A DNA stretch of 64,000 nucleotides from Paraspadella gotoi (lineage: Eukaryota; Animalia; Chaetognatha), in assembly GCA_051294375.1 (NCBI GenBank), contig CM119270.1, positions 10,026,984-10,090,983 of the forward strand, given 5' to 3'. The number at the start of each line of letters is the position of its first letter. Position 1 is the first letter of the stretch. The notes beneath the pieces were generated by a model that made no database searches, was not told where the DNA came from, and saw nothing but the letters and a program-made list of their open reading frames with translations. A program made the position numbers and the translations under genes. Below are positions 49,560 to 63,665 of the stretch, in pieces.

Positions 49560-50300
49560 GGCGGGCAAACGGCGATCGTTTCTTCTCCAAATTAGTAAAA
49601 AATAATCAGAGGCGCGAAATCTTATAACGAATAAAAGTCGGAACAAATGGCACAGTTTTTCCTCCGCATAAAAACTTCTCGTCAATCAAGACGCCATCTT
49701 CGTCATTCCATTTTTTTCTTCGTCCTTCGTCGAATTTTGCGGGAAAAATGAATCCACGTCGAAAATTCATTATATTTTGAAGAGAGAGAGAGACGGAGAT
49801 GGAAGAAGAGAAAGGGAGAGGGAGTTAGGGTCGGGAAGGAGAAAGAGTAATAAGGATAAGGAGAAAGATAAGCAAGACAGAATATATAAGCTTGGGAACA
49901 AGAGGGAATAAAGAAAGAGATTAAGAGAGAGAGCTTTCATGTAAAATATTTCATAATAATTATCTCACTATTAAACACTAAATACAAACTTTAATAAACT
50001 CAGCCTGAACACTTTTAAACAATTGAACTAAGGTCCACCATGCAACACGAGTAAATATAGCGTTAGCGTTCAGCCGGTGATAAAGGCGATCGTTTGATGT
50101 TTATCCGTCGATTCGAAAAAAATAATTTGATGCGAAGATGGCGTGACAGGAGGCGAGGGTGATTTTTCACTGTCGCTTCGTTAAATCGTCCGCTCGGTTA
50201 TTATTTCTTTAAACTTGAACTATTAATTTCGTTGTAGCTGTAATGGAGGGCGAGGAAGGATCAACGACGGTAGTTTAACATCTTTAAGTAAAAATAAGTA

Positions 50301-50536
50301 TTATGGTGCACTAAAATCCACCAACCGTTCATCAGCGGCCATTGGTGCCGAAGGCAAGTCAACGGCCTCCCAACCCAAAGGTTCCGGGTTCTAGCCTGGT
50401 GGTCGCCTAACAGTTAAGAGGGATGGGGCAGTTAACCACCCTGTAACATGGTGTTACAGCCTGATCCGAAGCTCAGGGACTGCTTATATTGAACGGTTCT
50501 GTCACTAACACATAACAATAATTACTGTCTCTTCAG
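50301..50536 (+). mobile_element. tRNA-derived SINE-like repeat, copy A (tRNA-like head 50335-50407)
   Basis: Acceptor-like stem GCGGCCA/TGGTCGC, A-box-like TGGTGCCGAAGG, B-box-like GGTTCTAGCC; body has the palindrome CTGTAACA-tgg-TGTTACAG; two more copies at 55.4-56.1 kb. Confidence 0.7.
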
Positions 50537-51109
50537 TGTATGACTATATGTTTCAGCGGCAGATTGATACAGCATTAAAGTTATGATTATTGATGTGGGG
50601 GAATGGGAGATGTACTGGCCAAAACTATCAAAATACTTTGCGTGTGAAATGTGAAAATCATTTAAACAGAAGAGTAGAAAATTTTCTTTTTGTAATTATT
50701 AACTCAAAAGATGAAAAGAGGAACGTAATGCGAAGATCAAGAAAGAAAGAACAAAAAAAAATCTTAAAAGTATAAGGATCTCGCCAAAGAATAGTATTAA
50801 TAAAAAAGTACTATAATCTAATTTGCATATTGAAGTAAATCATAATGAAGTGGAAATTCAACCAAAAAATATTTGAATCGATATGAAACAAAGAAAATGG
50901 ACACACATTTTAACTTCCTTACTGCCTCACTAATGAAACTTGATAACTAGATACATTGTTTGGTAGTTAAATCATAAACCGGCAAAAATAGGCAGTAAAA
51001 AAATGATCGGCACATAGCATACAATCTGGCATATTCAAATTGTGAAAAAAATTGTAAGGTTTTTCGTTCAACAACATTGAACAGAGTAGGAAAAAAGTTT
51101 TTTCTGGCA

Positions 51110-51473
51110 ATGAACCAGGGGGCCAGCTCATTTTGAGCTCTTTCTTATTACTTGAAATTTCCCTTTTCCTAATTACTTAGCTATCCCTCACTAACAATAA
51201 ATATTTCACATTCTGAACTTTTATTTCATTTCACTAATTTATTACTGAAGCTAATTGTTGATATTATTCATTACTAAAGTTTACCAAAATTTTAACATTG
51301 TTGTACATTTCATAATGTATTATATTTTCAAGCACTCTCTCTCTCTCTCTCCCTCTCTCTCTCTCTCTCCATTTCAATTTCTTTTCACAAACTATCTCTG
51401 TCCTCACCTTCACCTGTCCCTAATAAAAAACTAAACACTATCCTTTCTCTCAAACTCTGTGTTGGAAACTTTG

Positions 51474-51531
<58 letters not shown>

Positions 51532-51660
51532 ATGCACAAAATTCTCTTCAAATTCACAAATTGAATTGGCGCTGAAGAAGACTCGTATGTGAGTCGAAAC
51601 ATGTCCGTTTCACTATGAAATAATAATCGTTGTTAAATCTCTCTTCAAACTTTGTTCTAA
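51110..51660 (+). mobile_element. Solo PLE pseudo-LTR
   Basis: Starts GGGGGCCAGCTCATTTTGAGCTC as at 4435-4460, has the same CT-rich body, and ends AATCGTTG...TTCAAACTTTG as at 30700-30731. Confidence 0.8.
51568..51609 (+). ncRNA. Minimal type-I hammerhead ribozyme (best-formed copy)
   Basis: ggcg-CTGAAGA-A-GACTC-gtatgt-GAGTC-GAAACATGTC-cgtt. Confidence 0.88.
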
Positions 51661-51679
51661 AAAAATAATCATAATTTTT

Positions 51680-52135
51680 CAGACAGACACACACAGAGAG
51701 AGACGGAGAGAGACGGAGAGAGAGAGCCTGAACTCGTTTTTAAACGATTCAAAAAAGGCAGCGCCAGATCAATTTTTTTTTTTAGAAAGAAAAAAATAAT
51801 CAGAATTTTTCAAAAAACGAACGATTACGCAAGAGATCGTACAGAGAGAGACAGACACACACAGAGAGAGTCAGAGAGAGACTGAGAGAGACAGAGAGAG
51901 ACAGAAAGAGCCTGAACTCGTTTTTAAACGATTCAGAAAAGGCAGCGCCAGATCAATTTTTTTTTAGAAAGAAAAAAATAATCAGAATTTTTCAAAAAAC
52001 GAACGATTACGCAAGAGATCGTACAGAGAGAGACAGACACACACAGAGAGAGTCAGAGAGAGACTGAGAGAGACTGAGAGAGACAGAAAGAGCCTGAACT
52101 CGTTTTTAAACGATTCAGAAAAGGCAGCGCCTGAT
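51680..52135. repeat. ~180-bp tandem repeat, about 2.5 units
   Basis: GAGCCTGAACTCGTTTTTAAACGATTCA..AAAGGCAGCGCC recurs at ~51724, 51908 and 52090; related to 21890-22050. Confidence 0.85.
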
Positions 52136-53089
52136 AACATTTTTTTTTAAATATAATTTGAAGAAATAAAAGAAAGGCAAAAAATGTTACAATTTTATAC
52201 AATTGGAAATTGTTACAATTTTTTTCAATCATAGCTTGTAAAATATTTTATTTTTATTTGTATTAAAATTAAGTTATAGCTTCTCATTAAAAAGGTCTTT
52301 CGATTGCACATGTTTATTATAGATTCAAAGATTTTTTTATGAATTTCATCTTCAATATTATTTACTGCAATATGTAAATTAGATTAAAGTATTTCGATAT
52401 ACTAATTTGGATATTATGAGTACTATAATTTCATTTGCATATTGCAGTAAATCATAATGAAAGGAAAATTCAAAAAAAAATACTTGAATCCAAATGTAAT
52501 ATGAAAATTTCAAAGCTACTTCAAAATAAGAAGCCAAATCTAAATTTTTAACTTACTATGATCGCACACTTTTATAAAAATTCATCGTAATTCATTTTTT
52601 TTTATTTAAAAAAAAACTGAAAGTTACAGTCAAAAGTATAAAAGCGTAGTAGTTTCTATAGAAAAACAGCGCGGCGATGACGACGACGACGACGACGACG
52701 AAAAGATTCCTTGGCGAGATAATAAAAGATATTAAAGGAAATGGAAAGTTTAGTAAATTAGGGACAAAAAATAATAGTATCTATCTTCCCGGGAAAACTT
52801 TTATCTTCCGCAATCGAGCAGAAACTAAACTCAGACTTAGATTTCGTGATCTAAAAACTTTACATTTTTTTTCCTCTCTCTCTCCCGCCATCCAAAAAGT
52901 GGTTGTAATCACGCCACCGAGCCTGATAATTGTAAACCACAAAAAAGAATCCAAGGAGTGTACCTCGTCAGCTCAAACTTTAGATCAATTCTTCCCTTAA
53001 AATTTAAACTGATCAAGATACACGATTCACGGAGGTGGAGAAATCCCGAGTTTCAAGTCTACTCGTCTCCACTACTTTCAAAATCCGAA

Positions 53090-53228
53090 CTATGTCTTAT
53101 CGAACTTCACAATATCACTTCTGATCTTCTCGTGAGCTCACGTATGACCGACCGACCGACCGAGCCCGGGACCGACCGAAAAAGCCCGTTATTTAGAATC
53201 AGAGCTCACAGCTCGCACTTAAAAAAAA
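53090..53228 (-). mobile_element. DINE-1/Helentron-like terminal segment
   Basis: Minus strand TTTTTAAGTGCGAGCTGTGAGCTC followed by a (GGTC)n microsatellite, the usual layout of a DINE-1-type 5' end (inference). Confidence 0.45.
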
Positions 53229-53757
53229 CCTAATCACGGGTTTCGAGAGATTTTGCGAAAGTCGTTAAAAGGAGATACTCGTTAAATCGAGAAAATCGTT
53301 AATTCCGAATCGTGATCGAATCGAAAGAGAAAAAAAAAGTTCACATGTCGATGTTTATTTCGACGGAAAATCGTTTTCCCCTCATGTGGTCTCCCGGCTT
53401 TTAATCCCTCGGGCGGGAGGGAGAGACAGACAGAGAGTGAGAGGGTGTCGGATCAAATTTAGGAAAACTGTCCTTGACGTTTTAAAAATGTAATTTATTT
53501 TTTTGTCAGATTGAATGAGACCGGACTTAGACAAAGATTGAAAATTATAAATATATAGAAACATACTCGGACAATGACAAAATATACTTATTACTTTAGT
53601 CGAACAAAAGATATTAATAGCAAATCTTTTTTGTTCAACTACAAATTTGAAAACTTACAATTCGATTATAATGTGCGATTTAGCGAAGGGAAGGTTAACG
53701 GATTTAATCTTTTCGAAATCCGAGACACGATAATCTTCCACAGTCAACTATTTATTT

Positions 53758-53886
<129 letters not shown>

Positions 53887-55440
53887 TTACAATAGATTGT
53901 CACGACATTTTCCCCCCTAATATTAAGAGTGTGATCTCCTCCCAATTATCACAACGACGACGACAACGACGACGATCATGACGACGTCGATGACGACCAT
54001 ATCACCGAATCAAATCCAAGTCCATCACGATCTCAATGAAAAAGACGATAACCATCAAGTCGCTGATATAACTTGGCTTGTCGCTACCGGTATTTAAATA
54101 TTTTTTGATCGAGGTGGGACGATATCGAGACAAAATTTTAAAAATCATTACTATAAAACTCTTAACGATTTTTAAAATCTGAAAAAATATTCGTATATAT
54201 AGCTTTTAGACGATATATTAATTGTTTTGAAATTCTTTGATATTATGAAATTGGTACCATCAATAAATAAGCTATCTTGCCCCTGACTTTGGACAGCCTT
54301 TNNNNNNNNNNNNNNNNNNNNNNNNNNNNNNNNNNNNNNNNNNNNNNNNNNNNNNNNNNNNNNNNNNNNNNNNNNNNNNNNNNNNNNNNNNNNNNNNNNN
54401 NNNNNNNNNNNNNNNNNNNNNNNNNNNNNNNNNNNNNNNNNNNNNNNNNNNNNNNNNNNNNNNNNNNNNNNNNNNNNNNNNNNNNNNNNNNNNNNNNNNN
54501 NNNNNNNNNNNNNNNNNNNNNNNNNNNNNNNNNNNNNNNNNNNNNNNNNNNNNNNNNNNNNNNNNNNNNNNNNNNNNNNNNNNNNNNNNNNNNNNNNNNN
54601 NNNNNNNNNNNNNNNNNNNNNNNNNNNNNNNNNNNNNNNNNNNNNNNNNNNNNNNNNNNNNNNNNNNNNNNNNNNNNNNNNNNNNNNNNNNNNNNNNNNN
54701 NNNNNNNNNNNNNNNNNNNNNNNNNNNNNNNNNNNNNNNNNNNNNNNNNNNNNNNNNNNNNNNNNNNNNNNNNNNNNNNNNNNNNNNNNNNNNNNNAAAG
54801 TTAAATTTAGAAATTTTACTACGCCTTAGTCTCCATCACTCATACAAGATAATGGCATAGCAGGAACCCGCTGCTATAAAAAATTCACCATATGAAAACG
54901 CATAGAGATTTTAACATTAAAAAAAATATAATACTTAAGTGAGTGGTCTTTTCATACAATTGAAACATTCTTTGAAACATTATACCACTTCATTGATAGG
55001 GAAGCCAGGTACTCTGGGAGTGAATAAGCGAGACTGTGAGAAAGTCTTGATTGAAAGTTTGCAGGGACCTGCTAGGTCATTATCTTGTAAGAGTGATGAA
55101 GGCCTTAAACCACCAAAGCCAGGGGCAAGATAGCTTGTTTATTAAATGAATGGATAACTTTTATATTGGTTGTACCAATTTCATATAAAGACAAGACGTA
55201 CTCATTTTTTATGTATAAATTTCTTCATAATTGATTTTATTTTGAGTTCGTAATGAGCGAAAAAAGATGAGGAGCAAATTCGAGCTTTTCAATCAGAAAT
55301 AAAAGGAAATTTGTCATCTGGAATTAATGGCTCTGTTAAACAATCATAATCTCACTAATTAGTGCTAATATGGGTATCATAAGAACGCCCGTTAAAAATT
55401 GATTCAGGAATATTGATTATAATTTCTTAAAAGTAATATA

Positions 55441-55723
55441 CTGAAGAGACAGTAATGATTGTTATGTGTTAGTGACAGAACCGTTCAATATAAGCAGTCC
55501 CTGAGCTTCGGATCAGGCTGTAAGTGTAGCACTGTGTTACAGGCGGGTTAAGCACCTCGTCCTTCTTAACTGCTAGGCGACCATCGGGCTAGAACCCCGG
55601 ACCTTTGGGTTGGGAGGCAAATGAATTGCCTCCGGCACCAATGGCCGCTGATTAAAGGTTGGTGGATTTTAGTCCACCATATATGCCCCCTCCCTTAGGG
55701 AGAAGTCTGTTGCGTCTCTTCAG
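55441..55723 (-). mobile_element. tRNA-like cassette bounded by 10-bp inverted repeats CTGAAGAGAC/GTCTCTTCAG and flanked by TA (copy B)
   Basis: Reverse-complement homologue of 50301-50536 with additional upstream sequence; TA at 55439-55440 and 55724-55725. Confidence 0.65.
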
Positions 55724-55865
55724 TAAATTGTTGTTGTTGGTGGAAAGTTTATCACCTAGTCGAGGCATGTCGCCTGATGTGTTGTTGGCCGAAAGTGCAT
55801 CGCCAGGTTGAGGCATGTCACCTGAAAGTGTTGTTGCTGTTGTGTTCGAAAGTCGGGCTCACCAA

Positions 55866-56068
55866 TGAAGAGACAGTAATGATTGTTATGTGTTACTGAT
55901 AGAACCATTAAATATAAACGGATCGGATAGGAGGATCGGGTCAGGCTGTAACACCGTGTTACAGGCTGATTAAGCGCCCCGTCCCTCTTAACTGCGAGGC
56001 GACCACCGGGCTAGAACCCCGGACCTTTGGGTTGGGAGGCAAATGACTTGCCTCCGGCACCAATGGCC
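55866..56068 (-). mobile_element. tRNA-derived repeat, copy C
   Basis: Homologous to copies A and B; stops at the 5' edge of the tRNA-like head. Confidence 0.7.
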
Positions 56069-57354
56069 AAAAATAAATATTTTTATACTACATAATTGGA
56101 AGATATATCATAATATACAGTTTTTAAAGGGCTTTCAGACAATATAAACATTATTGTTATTTTTTGAAAGGCTTTTTGATAAATTGTCCAGAAAATAAGA
56201 GAAATTTTTTTTATTCAAAAACATTAGGCTATCAAGCAGGGAGATCATTTTAAGCTATCTTTTACCTTTTCCTGTTAAAGTAGAAGTAAACCGAAGGAAA
56301 TGATATATATACATAAAAAATGAATCGGTCTTGTCTTTAAGTATCTCTTTTCAAAATGTTAAAATCTCTAGCGATGGGTTTCAAATGGTCACGTTGTATA
56401 TAACAGTTAAAAATATTTTTGGAAGTACTTTTTTGTAATATAAAAATGCTTCTGGCAATGTGTACATTGTATTTTGATAAAAAATATTTTAAAGTAAGCA
56501 GTTATGGTTTTGGTAAGTTAGTGTTATGGTTTAATTTTTATTCAAACTTACTTTTATCAAAAAATTTATAAAAGATATTGTCAGATTAATCAAGTAAGAT
56601 TTCTGAATGCATAATAAATGCGTCAAAAAGGTAAGGAATACATGAAATATTTGACAATTTAATTTAAACAATTTTATAATCTTCCTAAAATTTCGTTTTA
56701 CTTACCTGAAAAAAAATAGGTTTAATTTAATTTAATAGTGATGAAAAGCTTAATTAATAACGATTAAACTTACAGTTCTCACCAGGCTCAGTCAAAGGCT
56801 TCCCAAAACGACAATAAAAATAATCAGTTGTTAAAGGCAACGGTATTACGACAAAATCAGTTACAATTACGAGCAATCAAAATATTTCATAAATTACCGA
56901 TTCATATTGATGAATCTCCCTCACTGAATATGTTCGTAATTTATCAATCCACAGATTAAAGTGTATGATACGTCACAATTCATTATTTGACAACATTACT
57001 GATCGCATTGCTTCAAATACCGTCTATACTAATATTTCCCCAATAGAACTTTTGTTGGGCTGGGATCGAGTTTCTAACAAAAACAGTTGTTTACACTGTA
57101 ATTTAGAAAGAGTCCATACATCATGTAAACTTGAAAGTGATAAAGCAGCTTAGTATAACTAACAGTTGAAGTAATATGACCGTGTAATCTTGATAGAGTA
57201 GCTTGAAGTAAAATTGAAGTACAAAAAGTAGTTTGAAGTATAATTAATTGTTTAAAGTAACAGGATCGTGTTAAATTCTATTTTCGATAAAGTAGCTTTT
57301 TGAGTTAGTTTGGAAAACTGGCCTAAAGCTCTACTCCTATTTTCAATATCAATA

Positions 57355-57395
<41 letters not shown>

Positions 57396-59075
57396 TTGCT
57401 CCCTTTATCTTTCATTTTGTGTTTTTCCGCTCAGATTGCTCTTTCAATTTCCCTCCTACCTGTCCGAAAAGTCGTAATCGGTCAATTAGTACTTTTGGAC
57501 AATTATTAAGTGTCATTTCATCTTATTACATAAAAGATTAAAAAATTTAAGAAAGTGCAATAAGGGTTAGCAGAGAGGAGAGTCTGAGAGAGAGAGAGAG
57601 AGAGAGAGAGAGACGCCGTTCAGCCTATTGATTTACAACGCAAAGGGGAGGCTGACAGTATCGGGAACGGCCCTACCATAATTTCGAGGTCATTCGTTTA
57701 CATTAATTATCTGTACCATAAAAGTTTTCCAATCTTAAAAATGAAAAGGTTAAATTAGTGTAGATTTTAAAATGTAATTACGGCTCTTTTTATTTAGTTA
57801 TCGCTTTTATAAACTTTGTTTTATCCAAAATTTCTCGCAGTCAATGACTGTCTGGAGCAGAACTGGAGTTGATAAAATCAGTCTCAGATCTTTTGAGACA
57901 ACTACAAGAATAAAATTTATAAAATAAAAGAGACTGTGAGTGTAAGTGCATATAGACAGAGATGAAGGAGGGAGAACAAGAATGGGTACGGGGTAGGGCT
58001 TATGGTAGGTCGCCTCAGTACATTACAATACCCACAAAGGAAACGAATAACGGCAACACAACCCAAACATGTCTCGTCTGTGTTGTTTATATTCCTCTAT
58101 GATAAAACGGATTTCCTTTCTCCGACGGTTAATTTATGGATGATCTTTTTTGGTGGAAAAATTTCGAGTCGTGCCTCCCGCATGATTTCAGAGGCGATCG
58201 AAGGGCGATTTTCTCGGGATCATAAAAGGTCACGAAACCGATCCATCCATCAAAAATTCTCAAGTGGAAATTTTCTTACCTTAAAAATGAAAAAAAAATC
58301 CCCGCATTTCTCTCCGTCCCGCTATGGTCAAGTTTTCATTTGAGTTTCGATTAAGTCTTTGGTCGTTTGAAGTCGGGTCTTGAGAATTGCTCGTTGTCGT
58401 CGTCGTCGAAGCGAAATGTCATTAGTTATTACTTATCAGAATTACTATGTGAACCCATGTTTCTTACCTCATACCTGACCCTTCTTTCTGTCTAGAATTA
58501 CTTATGGGGGAGAAACTTTTCTCAAAAATTTTCTATATTTTTGCTTTATATAATAAAGTGGTGATTTTTGGTCCAGACGATTACCTAAATAATTGCCTAT
58601 CGCGGCTTCAGCGCCAAAAGTTTCTAAGTATAAATGCTGCTAATTAATGCTTTTTTTTCGAAGAAAATATTTGATATGTGAGGAAATTTAACTATAAAAA
58701 GAAACAAAAAGTCTATAACGATTCGAAATAATTACTTGAACTAAAATAATTTCTGAACATGAAATTTTAGATGCAATGTAAGATTAACTATATCGCAACA
58801 TTGAAAAGCTACAAATGCAATGTTGCAATGAGAAAGATCAATATTGATAATAACGACGATAAAAATGACTCCCGCTGTCCCGTAATGGTCAAAACTTGAA
58901 AGTTTCACACAGAGATTATCAATTTTTTTGGTTCTCGGGAAAATTAAACCCATACAGAGTTTTTGACGTTTACAAACCGACACTCCATCATTGTAATCGT
59001 TTAAAAATCGAGAGCCCCTTTTCAGTCTGTAGCGAACGATATCTCTCGCTAAAATGAGATATTTAAATGTAATCA

Positions 59076-59165
<90 letters not shown>

Positions 59166-59384
59166 CTTTCCTTTCGTGGGGTTTGACGAGAAGGGAGAGC
59201 CCGACGATAAAACCTAAAAAAAATTCCCGGCGAAAGCCTACGCCAGAAAAACCCCTTCGCTTTCTAAATCGGAGAGAGAGATTGAGGCAAAGGCCAGATA
59301 ATATGGCGTGTGATGTCGTGACATCCCCCCCGGTGGCGTCGTCGTCGGTCGTCGTCGTCGATCGGGGTCGCGTCACCTCGTCAA

Positions 59385-59478
59385 CGGGGTATTTAAGAGG
59401 GGGTCGGAGCATCGGAGAGTCACAGTCGCTTGTGGATGATTTATCGGGAGTGATAGCGCCGGTTGAGAAGAGCTGTAG
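59385..59478 (+). promoter_or_regulatory. Putative promoter and non-coding first exon upstream of the rootletin-like gene
   Basis: CpG-rich island (59280-59480), TATA-like TATTTAAG at ~59389, and a strong donor AG|GTGAGT at 59478/59479. The link to the gene is inferred. Confidence 0.4.
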
Positions 59479-60409
59479 GTGAGTCGAAAGAGTCTTATGC
59501 GCCTTCGTTTTCTTTTTTTTTTGGGGGGGGGGTTGTTTTTTCCTTTATTTTATTTTCATCGAAATCGAGAGAATCGATCACATCGCGACGAACTATCATT
59601 GCGAAATCACGGATTATCACTTCGCTACCAAGCTTCGAACTGAATGTATGGCCTTTCCAGCGCTAAACTAATAACTTGAGTGATTAAAGTGACTTTATTT
59701 TTTATTTCGTACCAATGAATTAAAAAAAAAAACTCGCAGATGAAATAAACTTTTGACAAATTAAAAGAGATCCTTCGCTTTTCTTCTTTCTCCGAACTGC
59801 TCAAAATCGCTACTTCGTTGCACATCGATTTTTTTCAAAGCGTTCTCTTTTTATTTTTTTTAGGCATAAATACTATTCTGCTTTTTAAATAACACATTTA
59901 GTATTTAGTTGTTTTACTTTTTGGGGCTGCAACAGAAAAAATATGTTTTAATCATCTTTAATTGAATTCTTTTTAATTAAAAAAAAATGTTAGTACATAG
60001 AAAGTATAATGACTATGACGCTGAAATTGTAAATTGTACCTCCGTACTTTCAGCCCACCCCGTACAGCCGCTGGTACTCAAAAAAACCGGAGTGAAGTTT
60101 CCCTGATCGTTGCGCTGGAAGACCGTTCCACCAAGCACTTCTCAGGTAGCGAGCTTGTTTTTTTGGTTAACGACCTCAATTCAAACTACTCCCATATTTA
60201 AGTATCTTTTGTTTAGATCTACGGTATTAGGGAAGCGGTGAAGCCCGAAGTCGGTATCACATTAAACAAGCAAATAAACAACATACTCATCGCAACTTCA
60301 CATCAAAAATAAAAATCAAAACCGAAAAAAAGCCCCATAGATCGCAACTGTCACTCAAGAAACTGAATATATATATATATTAATTAAAAAAGGGGAAATA
60401 AAATACAAG

Positions 60410-63400
60410 ATGGCGGATTTGATGATGGACGTCGAGACGACGTTGGAGTCGAAGAAGGCGGCTCTTCAGCGCGCGCTAGACGAATACGAAAAAGCCAAAA
60501 AGGAACAAATTTCCGTGAGTTTCTAGATGATTTTTTGTTTGTCCGGTTATGTTTTTTGCTTTTTGATTAGTGTATTTTTTTTTTAATGAGCAAAGCTAAG
60601 CGGCTTTAAGTCGTACCCACACAGGCTTTTCCTTAAAATTATCGATTTTTTTTTTTTCAAAGCCGCCCAATTTCGGTTCCTGATCTAATTTTAACCTTAA
60701 TCTCTTAACAAATACCGAAGCCTAATCCTTAACCTTTACCAAATTCTGTTAGGAAAATAAGGCCGAAAATTTTTTTCTTTATGTTGTTGCTACTGAATGT
60801 GTTTTTTCCCGCAACCATAGATCATGATCTTCTATAAAATTTAACTGGTTGTGTTATTAACTACTAAGACTTCTACAATCTACAGTTATCGTTTTTATTA
60901 TCCCATCGGTTTTTTACAGGTTTTGGAACAGATGGAGAAATTGGATCGATCCTCCATCAGATCGGATTCATTGGCCGGATCCGTCAGAGCGTCCGTTGAC
61001 GCCCTCTCGGAAACGGGAAGCGGAAAAGGTAGCGGAAAAGGTGAGGCGGGAAGCAGAAAAGAAATTCGTAAATCATATGTAAAAATTAAAACTATTGGTT
61101 TCTCTTGTAATATTTTGACTATTAAAACTATATATTTACATATTTAAAAACCTCAATCCACACTCGCCCACACCCCATACCACAATAAGGAACGTATGTG
61201 TCGACCCTCCACGTCTCCACCAGCGGCGACCACCGCGACGGCCATCAATCCGACGACCTCGCCAAGCAGAACCAGGAGCTCAGATCCAAGCTGGAGGAAG
61301 AGCACTGTTCGTACAAGCGTAAGTTGCAGGCCTACCAAGACTCGCAACAGAGACAAGCTACCCTGGTTCAGAAGCTCCAGGACAAGGTTAGTCACCATCT
61401 GATAGAATGACTTTAAATATACGAAATATACGTATATCATTATATTTAACCTGTGTTCTACTTACCTCGTCTGTTTCAGGTGTTGCAATACAAGAGGAAA
61501 TGCAGCGAACTCGAACAAGTTCTTTCCGACAGAACCTCGGACCAGCTTAAGTCAGCGGGTAAGTTTTACGAGTTTATTCGACGCGCGTACATCGCGTGGT
61601 AATTGACAATTTGGAGATGGAAAGGAAAAAGGAGAGAAGGAAAGAATGAAAGTAGGACGAATAATGAATCAAAGCAGGATTGAGTTTTCGCCTAACCTTG
61701 TTTAACGAAATTACTCATTTTAATATTGAGAGAAAGATATCAGGAGAGAAAATCAGTTTATTCTGACCAAATATCTCATTCTCAAATTCCTCCAACTCTC
61801 TGGCCCCCCACTCTCTCTGTCTGTACTCTGTCTGTGAATTCATAAAATTGATTAACCCCATCGCGATTTGTCCTACCCCTGCAACTCATTCCCCCCCTAA
61901 CCAGACGATCTGAAGAGCGCCGCCCAGAAGCTGACGTCGGCTTTGGACGAGAGGGATCTCGACTTGGAGTCGGCGATCATCCACTTGGAGGAGGAGCGGC
62001 ACCGCAACGCCTCCCTCATCCACGTCAACGCCATGCTGAGGGAGCAATTAGACCAGGCCACCGCGGCTAATCAGGTTAGGCGGTTGGAAGGGGAGCGGGA
62101 TGGAAAAGAGAGAGAGCGAGAGCGAGAGAGATTAACATCGAAAGATTGTCGAGATTGCCAAAACGAACAGGCGAAGGGAAGAAGTAAATCGTTGCGACGA
62201 ATGTTTTCTTTTTCTCCAAAGAGGCTTTTTTTTATTTTGAAAGGGTTTTTCCCTCCGATGGTAAAATGTCGACTTTTTCAAAAAAAACTCTAATTCGTTT
62301 TATTTGAAGTTTGTTTCCTTATTTTTATTATTCTTTCATGTCGTTTTCATTTTGTTTTCTTCTTTTTATTTTTTTATTTTTTATTTTTTTTTTTGTGGTT
62401 CCTAATCGATTCGTCCCTCTGTGCGACTTTTGTGGTGGCAGAGAAAAACGTTTTCTTCCAACTCTTGATTTTTATTTTCGAGTCGATTTTACTTTTCCTT
62501 TCTTTTTTTTTTTACCTTTTTTTTCCATTTTCCTCGCTTTCTTTTTTTCTTATTTTTTTCACCACGCCATTTTTGTTCGAAAGTGGAGCACGAAAACTTT
62601 GGCCGACCTCTCGAAATCTTTCAACGTCGGCCTTTCACTCCTTGTCTCTCCACCTCTCCCCTCACCTTTTCAACAAGCCTATCCTCTCTTCTCCCTCTCC
62701 AAGGCTCTGACAGCGGACATCGCCAAGTTGACGGCCGACTGGCAGCACACCCGCGAGGAGTTGGAAGCCAAGGAGGCGGAGTGGCAGAAAGAGGAGGAGT
62801 CCTTCAACAACTTCTTCAGCCAGGTGTGTCTAAGATCGGACGTTTGGAATTGCTAATAGGACCAAAGTCAAATGTGGATTTTTTTATAACAATCGATGTA
62901 ATTTTAACTGGCTTGTCACGACGCTTTTTTATTACTTTCCTCAGGAACATTCTCGCCTTCTTTCTCTGTGGCGCGAGGTCGTCTCTTTCCGCCGCCAGTT
63001 CGGCGAAATGAAAGCGGCCAACGAGACCGACCTCGGAAAGGTAAGTGCACGAAAGAAAAGGTGAGTTAAAAACCCAAAGGAAACGCATGGAAAAGAATGG
63101 AATAAGAAATCTAAACCCAAATTAGGAAAAAAATAAATCGCTTCTCTTTTCAGGTTCGCGCCGAAGTGACGAAAGCATCGCGCACCATGCACTCGGCTAT
63201 GCAAGCTCTTAGGTAAGTCTAATGTCTGACAACAAGCACTGGCTATTGGCTAAAGACCTGGAGGCTCCGAAAGTAATCTCCTTCCAACCTTTTTTTTTAT
63301 AAAAATCTTTAAAGTCTTATTTTTTTTTCATTTACCCTTCAAGCTCGACCCTTCGCATGAGCGACATGGAGAAGAGTGTTGCGCTACAGAAGTCGGAAGA

Positions 63401-63568
63401 GGCGAGGGCCGAGTTGGAAGCCCAACTCGCCGCCAGGAATGCAGAGCTGACCGCCGCGCAGAAGGACGCCGAAGAACTCAAGGTAAAGACGGATAAAAAG
63501 GAAAAAAAAAAACGGAAGAAAAATAAATGAGGTACATAGGTAGAATATAAGAAAGAAACAGAATAAGA

Positions 63569-63665
<97 letters not shown>

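Noticed and set aside
50335-50407. Functional tRNA-Gly(CCC) gene
   Set aside because: Anticodon and D stems pair poorly, and it sits in a longer unit repeated three times; treated as a tRNA-derived repeat.
54277-54804. 175-aa ORF
   Set aside because: Runs through an N gap.
55441-55480. CTGAAGAG as another hammerhead core
   Set aside because: No stem II followed by GAAA and no cleavage triplet.
55725-55857. CTGATGTG...CCGAAAG in a ~50-bp tandem repeat as a hammerhead
   Set aside because: Core is CUGAUGU and the stems do not pair; better explained as a short tandem duplication.
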